Below, one piece after another: positions 1-9,233 of a DNA stretch of 64,000 nucleotides (positions within the stretch are counted from its first letter, which is position 1; each line of letters starts with the position of its first letter). Source of the DNA: a virus; the IMG/VR virus record IMGVR_UViG_3300027747_004779, positions 93,858 to 157,857 of that record. One strand, 5' to 3'. The translations under genes were made by a program, and so were the position numbers. The notes under the pieces are model-generated. The model was not told the DNA's origin. It saw only the letters and a list, made by a program, of their open reading frames with translations, and ran no database searches.

Positions 1-444
1 ATTTTCTTTTTTAATACGGTTAATGAAAGCATGAAATGCAATAGTAGTAAAATATGAAAAGGGACTAAACCCGGTATCAAGTTTAAATTTTTGATTACGC
101 AATGCTGAGAACATCTTAACGATTGCATCTCCGATCATATCGTCTTTGTAGGAATAATTAATGAAGTTTGGTGCATAGGATAACCCGTTAGCAATTTTAG
201 TTAAGCTCTCTCCAAGTTTTTGTGTTACAACCCCTGACTTATAATATGCGCGTATCTCCTCTTCAAACTCCTTACCATTTACGTAATGAACTTTTTCTTT
301 CGGTTTAAGCTTTCTTCCTGTAGGTGTTACTGTTGGTGGTAAAACAATACCTTTAGAAATAATTTTCTTGAGATCAGGATCGCTCTCAATTATTTCTTCT
401 TTTGAAGGCTTAGCCTTCGAAGGCTTAACCTTTTTAGATTTCAT
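1..444 (-). CDS. gp55: T4 gp55-like late-transcription sigma factor (3' end outside window)
   Basis: Not in the ORF track. Hand translation from ATG 444 reads MKSKK...HYVNGKEF...KIANGLSYAPNFINYSYKDDMIGDA...SPFSYFTTIAFHAFINRIKKE, which are gp55 motifs. It overlaps the uvsW stop. Confidence 0.88.
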   Translation of the reverse strand, partial: MKSKKVKPSKAKPSKEEIIESDPDLKKIISKGIVLPPTVTPTGRKLKPKEKVHYVNGKEFEEEIRAYYKSGVVTQKLGESLTKIANGLSYAPNFINYSYKDDMIGDAIVKMFSALRNQKFKLDTGFSPFSYFTTIAFHAFINRIKKEN

Positions 445-1891
445 TAATTCTTTTGATGGAGTATTTAATTTTTTCTTTTTCATAAAGTGCGCGACGTTTT
501 TCCATATGAGCTAGGCTATATTTGAAATTATCTGCGATGTCGAATATTATAAGCTTATCTTTATCCTTATGCAAGCGAAGACCTCTTCCAATCGATTGAA
601 CTATCTTTATTTTTGCTTTTCCGCCGCATGCAAAAACAATATAATGTAGGTTTTTAATATTAATACCGGTAGAAAATATTTTTGAAATGGCGACAACAAC
701 AATATCAGTTCTTTTCTCCATAAGCTGTCTAATTTCATCTCTCTCTGCTACTTCGACTTCACCGCGTATAAAATAGCACTGTTTCTCCGGACATTGTTCT
801 TTTATTGTCTTGTATAATAATTCTCCATGCTCAATATAATCAACCAGAATTAAGGAATTGTTTGTAAGCTTACAAACAATTTTGCTTATAACATTATTTC
901 TAAACCCGCTTCTCATTAAAAATCTTTGCTCTTCACGATAAAGATTTGACGAAGATATTACGACGTCTTTAAACGGGTCTTCATTATAATTTAGTTCTAT
1001 GATTTGCACCTGCACGCTACTTACATAACTTTCTAATCGAAGTTCGTAGCTGTTCTTCTCGTATATTACAGGGCCGATTTTACCTATAATATTCCACTGA
1101 TCCATTAAGCTCTCAGGCATTGTACCGGTAAAACCAAATCTAAAAGGTGTTTTTATTTTTTTAAGAATTTTGTTTACTTCATTACCTTTACGTATTTTAT
1201 GTACTTCGTCAACTATTAAGACATCAATTGTTTCAAGCCAAGATAAATCTGTATTTTTACTTTGTAAGATACCTAGATTTGCTATAGTAACGTTGGCTTC
1301 ATTTTTTAATTCATAACTCCCTGTCCATTTTCTAACAGAAAATGGAACGTTATAAGAGAAAAAATCTGAAGATGTCTGTTCTACTAGCCCTAAATCAGGC
1401 ACTATATATAAGCAATTAAATTTTGATCCGTACAATAAAAATAATTTTGTAAGTAAAGAGGCAGCAGTAAGTGTCTTTCCGCCTGCTGTAGCAAGTATGA
1501 TTGTACCGCGGCCAATTGATAAAGCTTTTTTAACAATTTCTTCTTGATAATCTCTCAATGGTAGTTTAAGAGGTATCGGATCGTATGAAAATCTTGTATC
1601 GGATTGAAGATTTTTAACAGGCATAATAACCTCAAGAAGAGATTCGTCTGTCTTTACTTCACCGACATATTGATTGTTATTAAGATATTTTCTTATTTCA
1701 AAATAAAGACCCGGGTCAAATCTACCTGTTGGCGTTATTGCATAAGTTCTTTGCGGTAAAAATCTCCCGTATCTTTTTCTCATAAAAAAAGCAGCTTCAT
1801 TTTTAACAGAAAATGCTTCTCTTATTTCTTCAAATTTATCACCAGAAATAATACCGACCCCTTTATTAGAGTCAAAAGAAAAATTAATCAT
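434..1891 (-). CDS. uvsW: UvsW-like SF2 DNA helicase
   Basis: LRDYQ, ATAGGKT, DEVH, GFTGT and QSIGRGLR motifs; adjacent to uvsY. Confidence 0.93.
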   Translation of the reverse strand: MINFSFDSNKGVGIISGDKFEEIREAFSVKNEAAFFMRKRYGRFLPQRTYAITPTGRFDPGLYFEIRKYLNNNQYVGEVKTDESLLEVIMPVKNLQSDTRFSYDPIPLKLPLRDYQEEIVKKALSIGRGTIILATAGGKTLTAASLLTKLFLLYGSKFNCLYIVPDLGLVEQTSSDFFSYNVPFSVRKWTGSYELKNEANVTIANLGILQSKNTDLSWLETIDVLIVDEVHKIRKGNEVNKILKKIKTPFRFGFTGTMPESLMDQWNIIGKIGPVIYEKNSYELRLESYVSSVQVQIIELNYNEDPFKDVVISSSNLYREEQRFLMRSGFRNNVISKIVCKLTNNSLILVDYIEHGELLYKTIKEQCPEKQCYFIRGEVEVAERDEIRQLMEKRTDIVVVAISKIFSTGINIKNLHYIVFACGGKAKIKIVQSIGRGLRLHKDKDKLIIFDIADNFKYSLAHMEKRRALYEKEKIKYSIKRINEI

Positions 1892-2280
1892 GTTGTCTCA
1901 AGCTTAATAATATCAACAAGATTTTTTATATCATAAGATGTCGAGCTCAACGTCTTTTCTGACTTTTCTAGTAGCTCAATAATAAGCTCTAATTCTTTTA
2001 TTTGCGTATCGATCACAATTACTTCGCTATGCTTTTCTGCAGTACGCTCAACAACCGGTGTAGCTAATTTTACCGGGCTTTGTTCTTGTATCTTATCAAC
2101 TAATGTACGTTTTAATAGCTCGCGCTTCTTACGTAACTCATTGATTTGTAATTTGTGTCTAATGCATCTGCCGGCCCATTTATGCTTAATACCAGGCAGT
2201 TTTAACTGATAATCTTTGAGAATAAGCTCGTCTATTTTTAAGTCGTTCTCAAGTTCTTTTATGTAATCTTCTAGTAGCAT
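1888..2280 (-). CDS. uvsY: UvsY-like recombination mediator
   Basis: Helical protein ending DIKNLVDIIKLE, upstream of uvsW. Start moved to ATG 2280, behind a TTGATT..TATTAT promoter-like site. Confidence 0.7.
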   Translation of the reverse strand: MLLEDYIKELENDLKIDELILKDYQLKLPGIKHKWAGRCIRHKLQINELRKKRELLKRTLVDKIQEQSPVKLATPVVERTAEKHSEVIVIDTQIKELELIIELLEKSEKTLSSTSYDIKNLVDIIKLETT

Positions 2281-2306
2281 TAACTTAAATAATAGTATAC
2301 ATCTAT

Positions 2307-2567
2307 ATGAAATCAATAGGTTTATTCGAATCAAAGTTTTGCAAACTTCTTGAAGAAGATAATGTTGCAGGTGGTACGGGCAGCGCTTTTGGTTCCGGTA
2401 CTTTAGCTCCTATAGGTAATTTTGGAAATCAATTTCCATCACAAAATGATGATGCTTACGCGCCAAATGATGCTAGAGTACCAAAGATATTAGGCACTAA
2501 AAAGAAAAAAAAGAAAAAAGATAAATTCTTAGTTCAGCGCCGTCCGCTTCCTGGTCTTAGCCTTTAA
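2307..2567 (+). CDS. small late protein containing a copy of the major capsid protein N-arm plus a poly-Lys tail
   Basis: IGNFGNQFPSQNDDAYAPNDARVPKIL matches gp23 residues 82-108 at 22/27; TAAATA upstream. Confidence 0.8.
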   Translation: MKSIGLFESKFCKLLEEDNVAGGTGSAFGSGTLAPIGNFGNQFPSQNDDAYAPNDARVPKILGTKKKKKKKDKFLVQRRPLPGLSL

Positions 2568-2589
2568 TAGGTAATTAGCTAAATATAGT

Positions 2590-3003
2590 ATGGATCTTGG
2601 ACATTGGTTACTTTCAGAAGGTATTTTTCTAAATGAAGATACATTCGGCTTCATTTATGAAATAACAAATACAGTTACAAGTAAGAAGTATATTGGTAAA
2701 AAGCAGTGTAAATCAAAATTAAAAAGAAAACCATTGAAAGGTAAGAAAAACAAACGTATAGAAATAAAAGAGTCGGATTGGAAAGAATATACTAGCTCAT
2801 CTAATGAATTAAATGAAGATATAAAGAAATACGGTAAAGATAGATTTATATTTAAAATCTTGCGTGCATGCGGATCAAAATGGGAATTGGCATATTTTGA
2901 AATAAAAGAACAATTAGAAAAAAACGTTCTCTTAAGAGATGACTATTATAATGGTATTATTAATGTTCGTATTGGCCGTCCTCCAAAAAGTTTTCTTGAT
3001 TAG
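2590..3003 (+). CDS. GIY-YIG family nuclease-like protein
   Basis: GFIYEITN...KKYIGKK, later E and YYN motifs. Confidence 0.75.
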   Translation: MDLGHWLLSEGIFLNEDTFGFIYEITNTVTSKKYIGKKQCKSKLKRKPLKGKKNKRIEIKESDWKEYTSSSNELNEDIKKYGKDRFIFKILRACGSKWELAYFEIKEQLEKNVLLRDDYYNGIINVRIGRPPKSFLD

Positions 3004-3029
3004 TTTGTATGTTTCATACATAATGTAGC

Positions 3030-3593
3030 ATGCTCAAAAAACTTGAGTTTAAGCAATATAACTTTCGTATAGTCGACTTTAATTCTATTTTTATTAAAAA
3101 AATTGAAGTTGATCTGATCAACGATCTGCATCGGTTTGAGCTATTTAAAAATAGAATAACATCGCATACAAAAAAGTTTTTTTATCACCATATAATTTTC
3201 GGTTTATGTGAGTTCTTATTACATGAAAAAGCTAAAGAAAAAACAATTATATATTTTAATAATACACAAATGTCTGATTTAGAGCTTTTTAAGTATTTTA
3301 AAGAGGATGAAGTGCGAGATGTAGTAGAACAAATAGTAAGAAGAATAAAGATACTACTACCCATTAGAGTCTTTATTACAAATATTTCTTATGATTTCCT
3401 TCAGCATCTTATAGACAGAAAAGATGGTAGAGGCGTGGAAGCTATAAACAGTCTTAGAACATATATCGATAGTGTTAATTATGAAAAATATACATTTAGT
3501 AGGGTTTTAACATTTACAAAGCGCAATGATCTTATTTTTTTAAGTAAAGAATATTTTGATAAGCTTAAAGCAAAGCAACTTATAATAGTTTAA
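3030..3593 (+). CDS. hypothetical protein
   Basis: 187-aa ORF with CATAAT 5 nt upstream of ATG. Confidence 0.6.
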   Translation: MLKKLEFKQYNFRIVDFNSIFIKKIEVDLINDLHRFELFKNRITSHTKKFFYHHIIFGLCEFLLHEKAKEKTIIYFNNTQMSDLELFKYFKEDEVRDVVEQIVRRIKILLPIRVFITNISYDFLQHLIDRKDGRGVEAINSLRTYIDSVNYEKYTFSRVLTFTKRNDLIFLSKEYFDKLKAKQLIIV

Positions 3594-3609
3594 AACAATA
3601 AATAATATT

Positions 3610-4050
3610 ATGACCTTTAATGAACGTATGGCAAAATACAAATCTCTTCTAAATGAACAAGAGCCAGTTCCGCAAGATGCAGCTGCCCCTGCACCGCAAG
3701 CAGAGCAACCTTCAGCACTACCTGCAAAAGCTGCACCAATGGCTGTTCCACCCGAGGGATATGTAGATATGGTGAGATTACTTGCTAAGGCTTTAGTGAT
3801 GAATGTACCTGCAGGGTCGGTTGATACATTGTTTACAAAGCCTATAACAAAAGAGAACGCAATAGAAATGAGAGAGCAAATTGAAAATGCTATTTCAACA
3901 AGCGAGAGTGTAGGTGATAATGAAATGCGAATAACAAATCCTAACGTTGAGAAATTTGTTAATTCAATTAATGAAAATAATTTTATGGCGAAATATAAGC
4001 AAATTCTTGCTATGATGAGAAATTATAGTAACGACCCGAAGTTAAAATGA
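3610..4050 (+). CDS. putative internal head protein
   Basis: ATAAATA at 3598-3604; N-terminus MTFNE..SLLNE followed by a P/A-rich linker. Confidence 0.55.
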   Translation: MTFNERMAKYKSLLNEQEPVPQDAAAPAPQAEQPSALPAKAAPMAVPPEGYVDMVRLLAKALVMNVPAGSVDTLFTKPITKENAIEMREQIENAISTSESVGDNEMRITNPNVEKFVNSINENNFMAKYKQILAMMRNYSNDPKLK

Positions 4051-4051
4051 T

Positions 4052-5158
4052 ATGGAAAAATATCGAAGCTTACAGGATATTTATTTAAAAGAAAGCTTTG
4101 CAAAGTCACTACCCCCTTTGCCTAGACAGACAATTAATTGGTTAATGGAAGCTATAGCTGATGCCCCGCCTCCTGCTCCCAATTCAGCTTATGTACAGCT
4201 TTACGTAAAAGATCCTTCAAAAAATGAACAACAATTTGTAGGTAATATCGATATAGATTATTTTAATAAAGTTGTTAAGCCTGTTTTAAATAGAGGATCA
4301 GAGGGTGCAATTAATGTTAATAAGTTAATAGAAAAAAGACTTAAAGATGCAAATATAACAACTGAGAATTTAAATATAATTTTTGATTATATACAGAACA
4401 CAGGAATAAAAATTTCTTCTGAAAATTTTGCTAAATGTCAGAGTATACTTAAAACTGCGATTGCTTCAGAAACACCTTTTAACATAACTACTGTTTTATC
4501 AGAGAGTTTTGATACACCTGTAGAGAGCATTTCAAATAAATCAAATGAGCTTCTAGGCCTTATGCGCTTAAAAGCACAAAGTGGTTCTGCAACATTTGAA
4601 GATCGTAGTCAGGTTGCGGGTCCTGGTGAAGTTGTTTTGAGCTTCTTTGGTAACGGTAGAAAGCTTATAACATCGAAAAAGAAAACAGAAGCCGCTACAG
4701 CAGAAAAAGGAGATATATCTTTAGGTGAATTGAGAATAGAGCTTAAAGGAACGCAGGGAAGAATATACCCAGCAACAAAAATTACTTATAGTCAGCACGG
4801 TACTCCGGGTGATTTTGCAAAGAAAAACTTACAGAATAATCCATTAGATGTAGTAAAGTATTATACGTTCGGTGAAGAGGGGCTATCAATTGATAGATTC
4901 GATAATGAAATTAATGCTGGCCTGAAGCAAAATATAGATGTAAGACTTTTAGCAACAGGGCTAGCATTAAGAGAGTATCAAGTAAAAAGTGGATTTCATT
5001 ATTATGGTTTTGTAGATTCAAAAACATTTAATTGTGTAGCTTTAACAAGCGCAGATAAAGATATTATCGCTATAGGTAAATTTTATACTTCTTATATTGG
5101 TAATTATTTAAGCTTTGATAGAGGCGGTCATAAATTACCGCCCGCTTTTAAAATATAA
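4052..5158 (+). CDS. late protein with PD-(D/E)xK nuclease-like motif
   Basis: GPGE...KGDI...IELKG; N-terminal YLKE and WLME sites resemble prohead-protease sites. Confidence 0.45.
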   Translation: MEKYRSLQDIYLKESFAKSLPPLPRQTINWLMEAIADAPPPAPNSAYVQLYVKDPSKNEQQFVGNIDIDYFNKVVKPVLNRGSEGAINVNKLIEKRLKDANITTENLNIIFDYIQNTGIKISSENFAKCQSILKTAIASETPFNITTVLSESFDTPVESISNKSNELLGLMRLKAQSGSATFEDRSQVAGPGEVVLSFFGNGRKLITSKKKTEAATAEKGDISLGELRIELKGTQGRIYPATKITYSQHGTPGDFAKKNLQNNPLDVVKYYTFGEEGLSIDRFDNEINAGLKQNIDVRLLATGLALREYQVKSGFHYYGFVDSKTFNCVALTSADKDIIAIGKFYTSYIGNYLSFDRGGHKLPPAFKI

Positions 5159-6378
5159 TGATGACGTTTAAACAGTTTCTGCTTGAAGGCGGAGTTGCTG
5201 GTCATATGGCACATCCTTACGATCTGCCTAATGTTAATACAGGAAGAGATCTTATTAACGTCTTTAATAAAATAGCTACTAGCTTAGTTAAAAAGCCTTC
5301 TGTAGTAAAAATAGATGGTGTTAATGCCTCTATTAAGCTTATTACAAATAAAGAGGGTAATAAAGAGTTTGCTATGGATAGAGGCTCAAATAAGCCAGAA
5401 GATGTAGAGGGTGTTACTATCGATAAGCTCAGCTCACGCTTTCCAGAGGGTCATGGTATGAGAGAAACGGGTAAAGTTGTATTAGAAATTTTTAATCAAG
5501 CTTTACCTTCAATAGAAAAGGAGCTCAAACAATTAAAGATGTGGGATAATAATCGCATTCTCTTTAATATGGAATTTGTTAAAGGTGCGACAAACGTAAT
5601 TGGATATGCAAATAACTTTCTTGCTATTCACGGGTTAAATGAAATAGTTGAGGTTAAAAGCCCTGTTCGAGGAAGTGTAAGTCGTGCATCGCGTGAAATA
5701 CCTTATGATAAAAAAGCTTTACAATCGCTAATAGAAAAAGTCAAACCAATTGCTGAAAAATATAATTTTGACGTGGTAAATGAGTTTGTTGTTACACTAG
5801 CGAATAGGATTGATTTTAATCCAGAATTAAATTCAAAATTTTCTGTTAGTTATGATTCACGTAACATTCAAACAAAACCTTTAAAAGATTGGCTTAGTGA
5901 GGCAAAAAATCCTCGTGCTGATAAGATTAAGCTTGCATCAGGTAAATCTATTAGTGCGGTGAGTTTAGAAAATTATAAGAACATGTCTGCAGGGGTGCCT
6001 TTAGATCATTATCTTGGTAAGAATACAAAGGATTATCAAAAAGCAATTGATGGTGCGGTATTAATACACGCAACAATTTTAATGGGTCAAAAGATAAAAG
6101 ATACTGCAACTTCAGAATTAGGTAATGTAGGTACACAAGAGGGTATTGTTATAAGAGATTCAAGTATATCTGTTAATCCGTTAAAAATAACAGGTAATTT
6201 TTTTACCGGCAAGGAAACAGGTCGTATTAAGCAGCTTAAAACACAAGAGGAAGAAGAGGGTATTAAGGGTCAGCTCTCAAATACTAATAAAGTATTAAAT
6301 TATAAAAACTATCAAACTAACCCCCCTTACGGAAAAGAAGGTGCGCGGTTAACATTAACACCAGGAATGAGTCTATGA
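5158..6378 (+). CDS. RNA/DNA ligase-like nucleotidyltransferase with capsid-targeting-like N-terminus
   Basis: MMTFKQFLLE; KIDG (motif I), MEF (III), EGIVIR (IV), LKITG (V). Confidence 0.55.
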   Translation: MMTFKQFLLEGGVAGHMAHPYDLPNVNTGRDLINVFNKIATSLVKKPSVVKIDGVNASIKLITNKEGNKEFAMDRGSNKPEDVEGVTIDKLSSRFPEGHGMRETGKVVLEIFNQALPSIEKELKQLKMWDNNRILFNMEFVKGATNVIGYANNFLAIHGLNEIVEVKSPVRGSVSRASREIPYDKKALQSLIEKVKPIAEKYNFDVVNEFVVTLANRIDFNPELNSKFSVSYDSRNIQTKPLKDWLSEAKNPRADKIKLASGKSISAVSLENYKNMSAGVPLDHYLGKNTKDYQKAIDGAVLIHATILMGQKIKDTATSELGNVGTQEGIVIRDSSISVNPLKITGNFFTGKETGRIKQLKTQEEEEGIKGQLSNTNKVLNYKNYQTNPPYGKEGARLTLTPGMSL

Positions 6379-7028
6379 AGTTTGATACATTAGTAGAGCA
6401 GATATTACAGCCACAGAAAAATAATCTTATTGTTATTTTTCCCGGGCGGTTTCAACCTTTTCATGTTGGTCATAAAAAGCTTTATGATGCTGCAAAACAG
6501 AAATTTCCTGGTGCCGATTTTTATATAGCCACAGCAGATACAACAGAAAATAGCGCTAAAGAGCCTGATCGTTATCCTTTTAATTTTGCAGAAAAAAAAG
6601 AAATTATTAAAGCGACGGGTATACCGGAAAAAGAAATTGTACTTACAAAACAACCTTACAAGCCTATTGAAATTTTAAAAAACTATGATCAAAATGTTGC
6701 AAAAGTAATTTATATTGTAGGTGAAAAGGATATGAGAGAGGATCCGCGATTTTCCTTTAAGCCTAAAAAAGATGGCTCTGCTCCTTACTTTCAGCCATTC
6801 AAGAGCTTAAATGAGCTCGAACCGTTTAAAGAACAAGGTGGTCATGGCTACATCTATGCACCGGGTACAATACAGTTTAATCTCGGTGGTAAAAATATTA
6901 CTAGTGCAACAGAGCTGAGAAATATGTATAAAGCAGCTGACGAGGCTACAAAAAAGCAGTATATAAAAGACGTTTTAGGTAAATTTGATCCAAAAGTCTA
7001 TAATCTGTTTAACACAAAATTGCGTTAA
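6375..7028 (+). CDS. cytidylyltransferase-like (HxGH) nucleotidyltransferase, NMNAT-like
   Basis: PGRFQPFHVGH, YPFNFAEK, SATELR. Confidence 0.8.
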   Translation: MKFDTLVEQILQPQKNNLIVIFPGRFQPFHVGHKKLYDAAKQKFPGADFYIATADTTENSAKEPDRYPFNFAEKKEIIKATGIPEKEIVLTKQPYKPIEILKNYDQNVAKVIYIVGEKDMREDPRFSFKPKKDGSAPYFQPFKSLNELEPFKEQGGHGYIYAPGTIQFNLGGKNITSATELRNMYKAADEATKKQYIKDVLGKFDPKVYNLFNTKLR

Positions 7029-7678
7029 TTTTTATTTTCAAGTAAAACAATGGTTTCTAGTAATACCTTTTCGAGTGTTTCTCTCGATTCTTTTCTCAAT
7101 ACCGTCCTAAGCTGGCTTACTAAAGAATCACCGCCATTTGCAATTGCTTTATAAAGATCTTCTTCGTTATTTTCTTCAACGCCCATCATCTCCATCTGAC
7201 TACGAGCGGCTTCGTAATCCTTATAATCAAATACGGATTCAAGGTCATCATGAGCATTAGTAAGCTTGCTTAATACCCATGCTTCAACATTACCGCCCTT
7301 GCGTATAATATCGTGAAGCATTGCTGAAAGTTTAAAAATTCTAAATAATAACTGTTTGGACATGTATTCATTCTTTTCAGTTTCCTCAAGACCGTCTTGA
7401 AGGTTCATTCCGCCGTCACATCCCTCGCATTCTTCATTTTTTTGATTTGCTTGACATTCCTCACATTCACTACAATCACATCCTTTAGCAGCATAAGGAC
7501 AATGAGCGTCTTCTTCGTTTTCGCAGCCGCATTCTTTTTCTGGAACCTTAAAGCTCTGTATCTTCGAAGGTGTAGGTGTTACACTCTGATTATCAGCTTC
7601 TGGTCCAAGACCGAGATTCTCCTTAACGATCTTTTGATTATAGATCTCATTTAAGAGGTGAAAGTCCTTATGGAACAT
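7025..7678 (-). CDS. acidic Cys-rich putative internal head protein
   Basis: ATAAATA upstream; MFHKDFHLLNEIY; Cys cluster; WVLSKLT..DDLESVFDY segment. Confidence 0.55.
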   Translation of the reverse strand: MFHKDFHLLNEIYNQKIVKENLGLGPEADNQSVTPTPSKIQSFKVPEKECGCENEEDAHCPYAAKGCDCSECEECQANQKNEECEGCDGGMNLQDGLEETEKNEYMSKQLLFRIFKLSAMLHDIIRKGGNVEAWVLSKLTNAHDDLESVFDYKDYEAARSQMEMMGVEENNEEDLYKAIANGGDSLVSQLRTVLRKESRETLEKVLLETIVLLENKN

Positions 7679-7686
7679 GTAATTAT

Positions 7687-8094
7687 TTATTCTAATTCGA
7701 TAAAATTATTACTGTTAGTTGAGTAAAATATCTTCTTAAAGTTCAACTGTTTAACGAGGTTTAAACAGCTTTTGCAAGGTTTTGACAAGTCTAATTGATT
7801 ATTTCTATTAATACGAGTGTTTACTAGTGTATATTTACTGCAATCTTCTTCGCCTAATCTTAATATTGCTGACAACTCAGAATGAACTCCTACGGTATGT
7901 GATATGTCGTCACCAGTACGGCTAAAAAAACCTATTTCCAAATTCTTTGGGTGTGTTTTAGTAGGGTTATTAATACCTATAGAAAGAAGTCTATTTTTAT
8001 GAAATATAAAAGAGAAGTGTTTACATCTGTAGTTTCCATGCTTCTTTAATAAAGCATAAGATATTTCTGTTGTCTTTCTAAACAGGTTTTCCAT
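7687..8094 (-). CDS. zinc-dependent cytidine/dCMP deaminase-like protein
   Basis: HSE...SKPCKSC. Confidence 0.75.
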   Translation of the reverse strand: MENLFRKTTEISYALLKKHGNYRCKHFSFIFHKNRLLSIGINNPTKTHPKNLEIGFFSRTGDDISHTVGVHSELSAILRLGEEDCSKYTLVNTRINRNNQLDLSKPCKSCLNLVKQLNFKKIFYSTNSNNFIELE

Positions 8095-8139
8095 ACTTAA
8101 TGTTAAATGAAAAGTGTTTAAAAATCAATAAATATTACT

Positions 8140-8541
8140 ATGGAAGCGTTTAAAGATTTTTACAATAAACCAGTACTAGGTGTTGATGAAGTTATTGACG
8201 TTGAGGGATTAGGTGAGGTAAAGGCAAAAGTCGATAGCGGTAATGAGGCGTATAATGTTATTCACGGTATAGATATCTCGCAAGAAGGGGATAACATATC
8301 TTTTACAACAGTAGGTGGAAAAAGAATGACAGCACCAAGAGATGGTGAAATAAAAATACATATAGGAAGTGGTGTTAAGGAAGATAGGCCTACGGTAAAG
8401 CTTAATATTAAAATCGGCGATAAAGCTTATAAGGGTGTAACGTTTAGTGTTGCAGATCGATCTGAGAATCAAGATCCTATCTTAATAGGTGAACCGTTTC
8501 TTAAGCAATTAAACGCTGTTATCGACGTAAATAAAAAATAA
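8140..8541 (+). CDS. retropepsin-like aspartic protease (RimK-associated type)
   Basis: AKVDSG catalytic motif, DRS and ILIG; late promoter at 8128-8134. Confidence 0.75.
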   Translation: MEAFKDFYNKPVLGVDEVIDVEGLGEVKAKVDSGNEAYNVIHGIDISQEGDNISFTTVGGKRMTAPRDGEIKIHIGSGVKEDRPTVKLNIKIGDKAYKGVTFSVADRSENQDPILIGEPFLKQLNAVIDVNKK

Positions 8542-8543
8542 AA

Positions 8544-9185
8544 TTAATTCTGCGCAAACTCGACAAACTTGTAAAACTCAGCTCGTGAATTATCATTATT
8601 ATCTAGAAACGCACCAGACATTCTGGCTGTACGCATCGTTGAATCATGTCTAATACCACGATTAGAACAGCAGGTATGATTGGCTTCAATCATTACAGCT
8701 ACCCCATTATTTTTTTCACATACTAGATCAATATGAGCATGAATTTGCATGGTAAGGTTTTCCTGTACCTGCGGACGGCGGGCAAACCAATCAACAATAC
8801 GATTGAGCTTGCTTAAACCAATAACCTTACCTTCCTTAGATGGTATATAAGCTACATGAGCTACACCAGTAAAAGGTGCATGATGATGTGAGCAAAGCGA
8901 AGTCAATTTAATATTATTTTGACAGACCATGCCATCATATTGATCGATATTATCAAAGGCTGTAATTTTCGGTGGTTTACTATAACAGCCCCATGCAAAG
9001 TCTTCTACAAAGGCCTTAGCCACGCGATGTGGGGTATTATCGCTGTTAGGATCATTTCTCCAATCATAACCTAATGCATCCATGTATGCTTCATAAGCTT
9101 TAGATGCTCTTTCAATTATTTGTTCTCTTTCTTCTTGAGTATGAGGATGATTATGATTAGCGAAAGCGAGTTTTACTTTAGACAT
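8544..9185 (-). CDS. folE: GTP cyclohydrolase I
   Basis: TPHRVAK, SLCSHH, GLSKLNR, RRPQVQE, HTCCSNRG. Confidence 0.95.
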   Translation of the reverse strand: MSKVKLAFANHNHPHTQEEREQIIERASKAYEAYMDALGYDWRNDPNSDNTPHRVAKAFVEDFAWGCYSKPPKITAFDNIDQYDGMVCQNNIKLTSLCSHHHAPFTGVAHVAYIPSKEGKVIGLSKLNRIVDWFARRPQVQENLTMQIHAHIDLVCEKNNGVAVMIEANHTCCSNRGIRHDSTMRTARMSGAFLDNNDNSRAEFYKFVEFAQN

Positions 9186-9233
9186 ATCTACGATTATATG
9201 ATAAGATGTAACGAGATCAACATAAATAATTAT

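Noticed and set aside
2590-3003. Mobile homing endonuclease or intron
   Set aside because: Short catalytic domain only, no DNA-binding repeats, and it interrupts no gene
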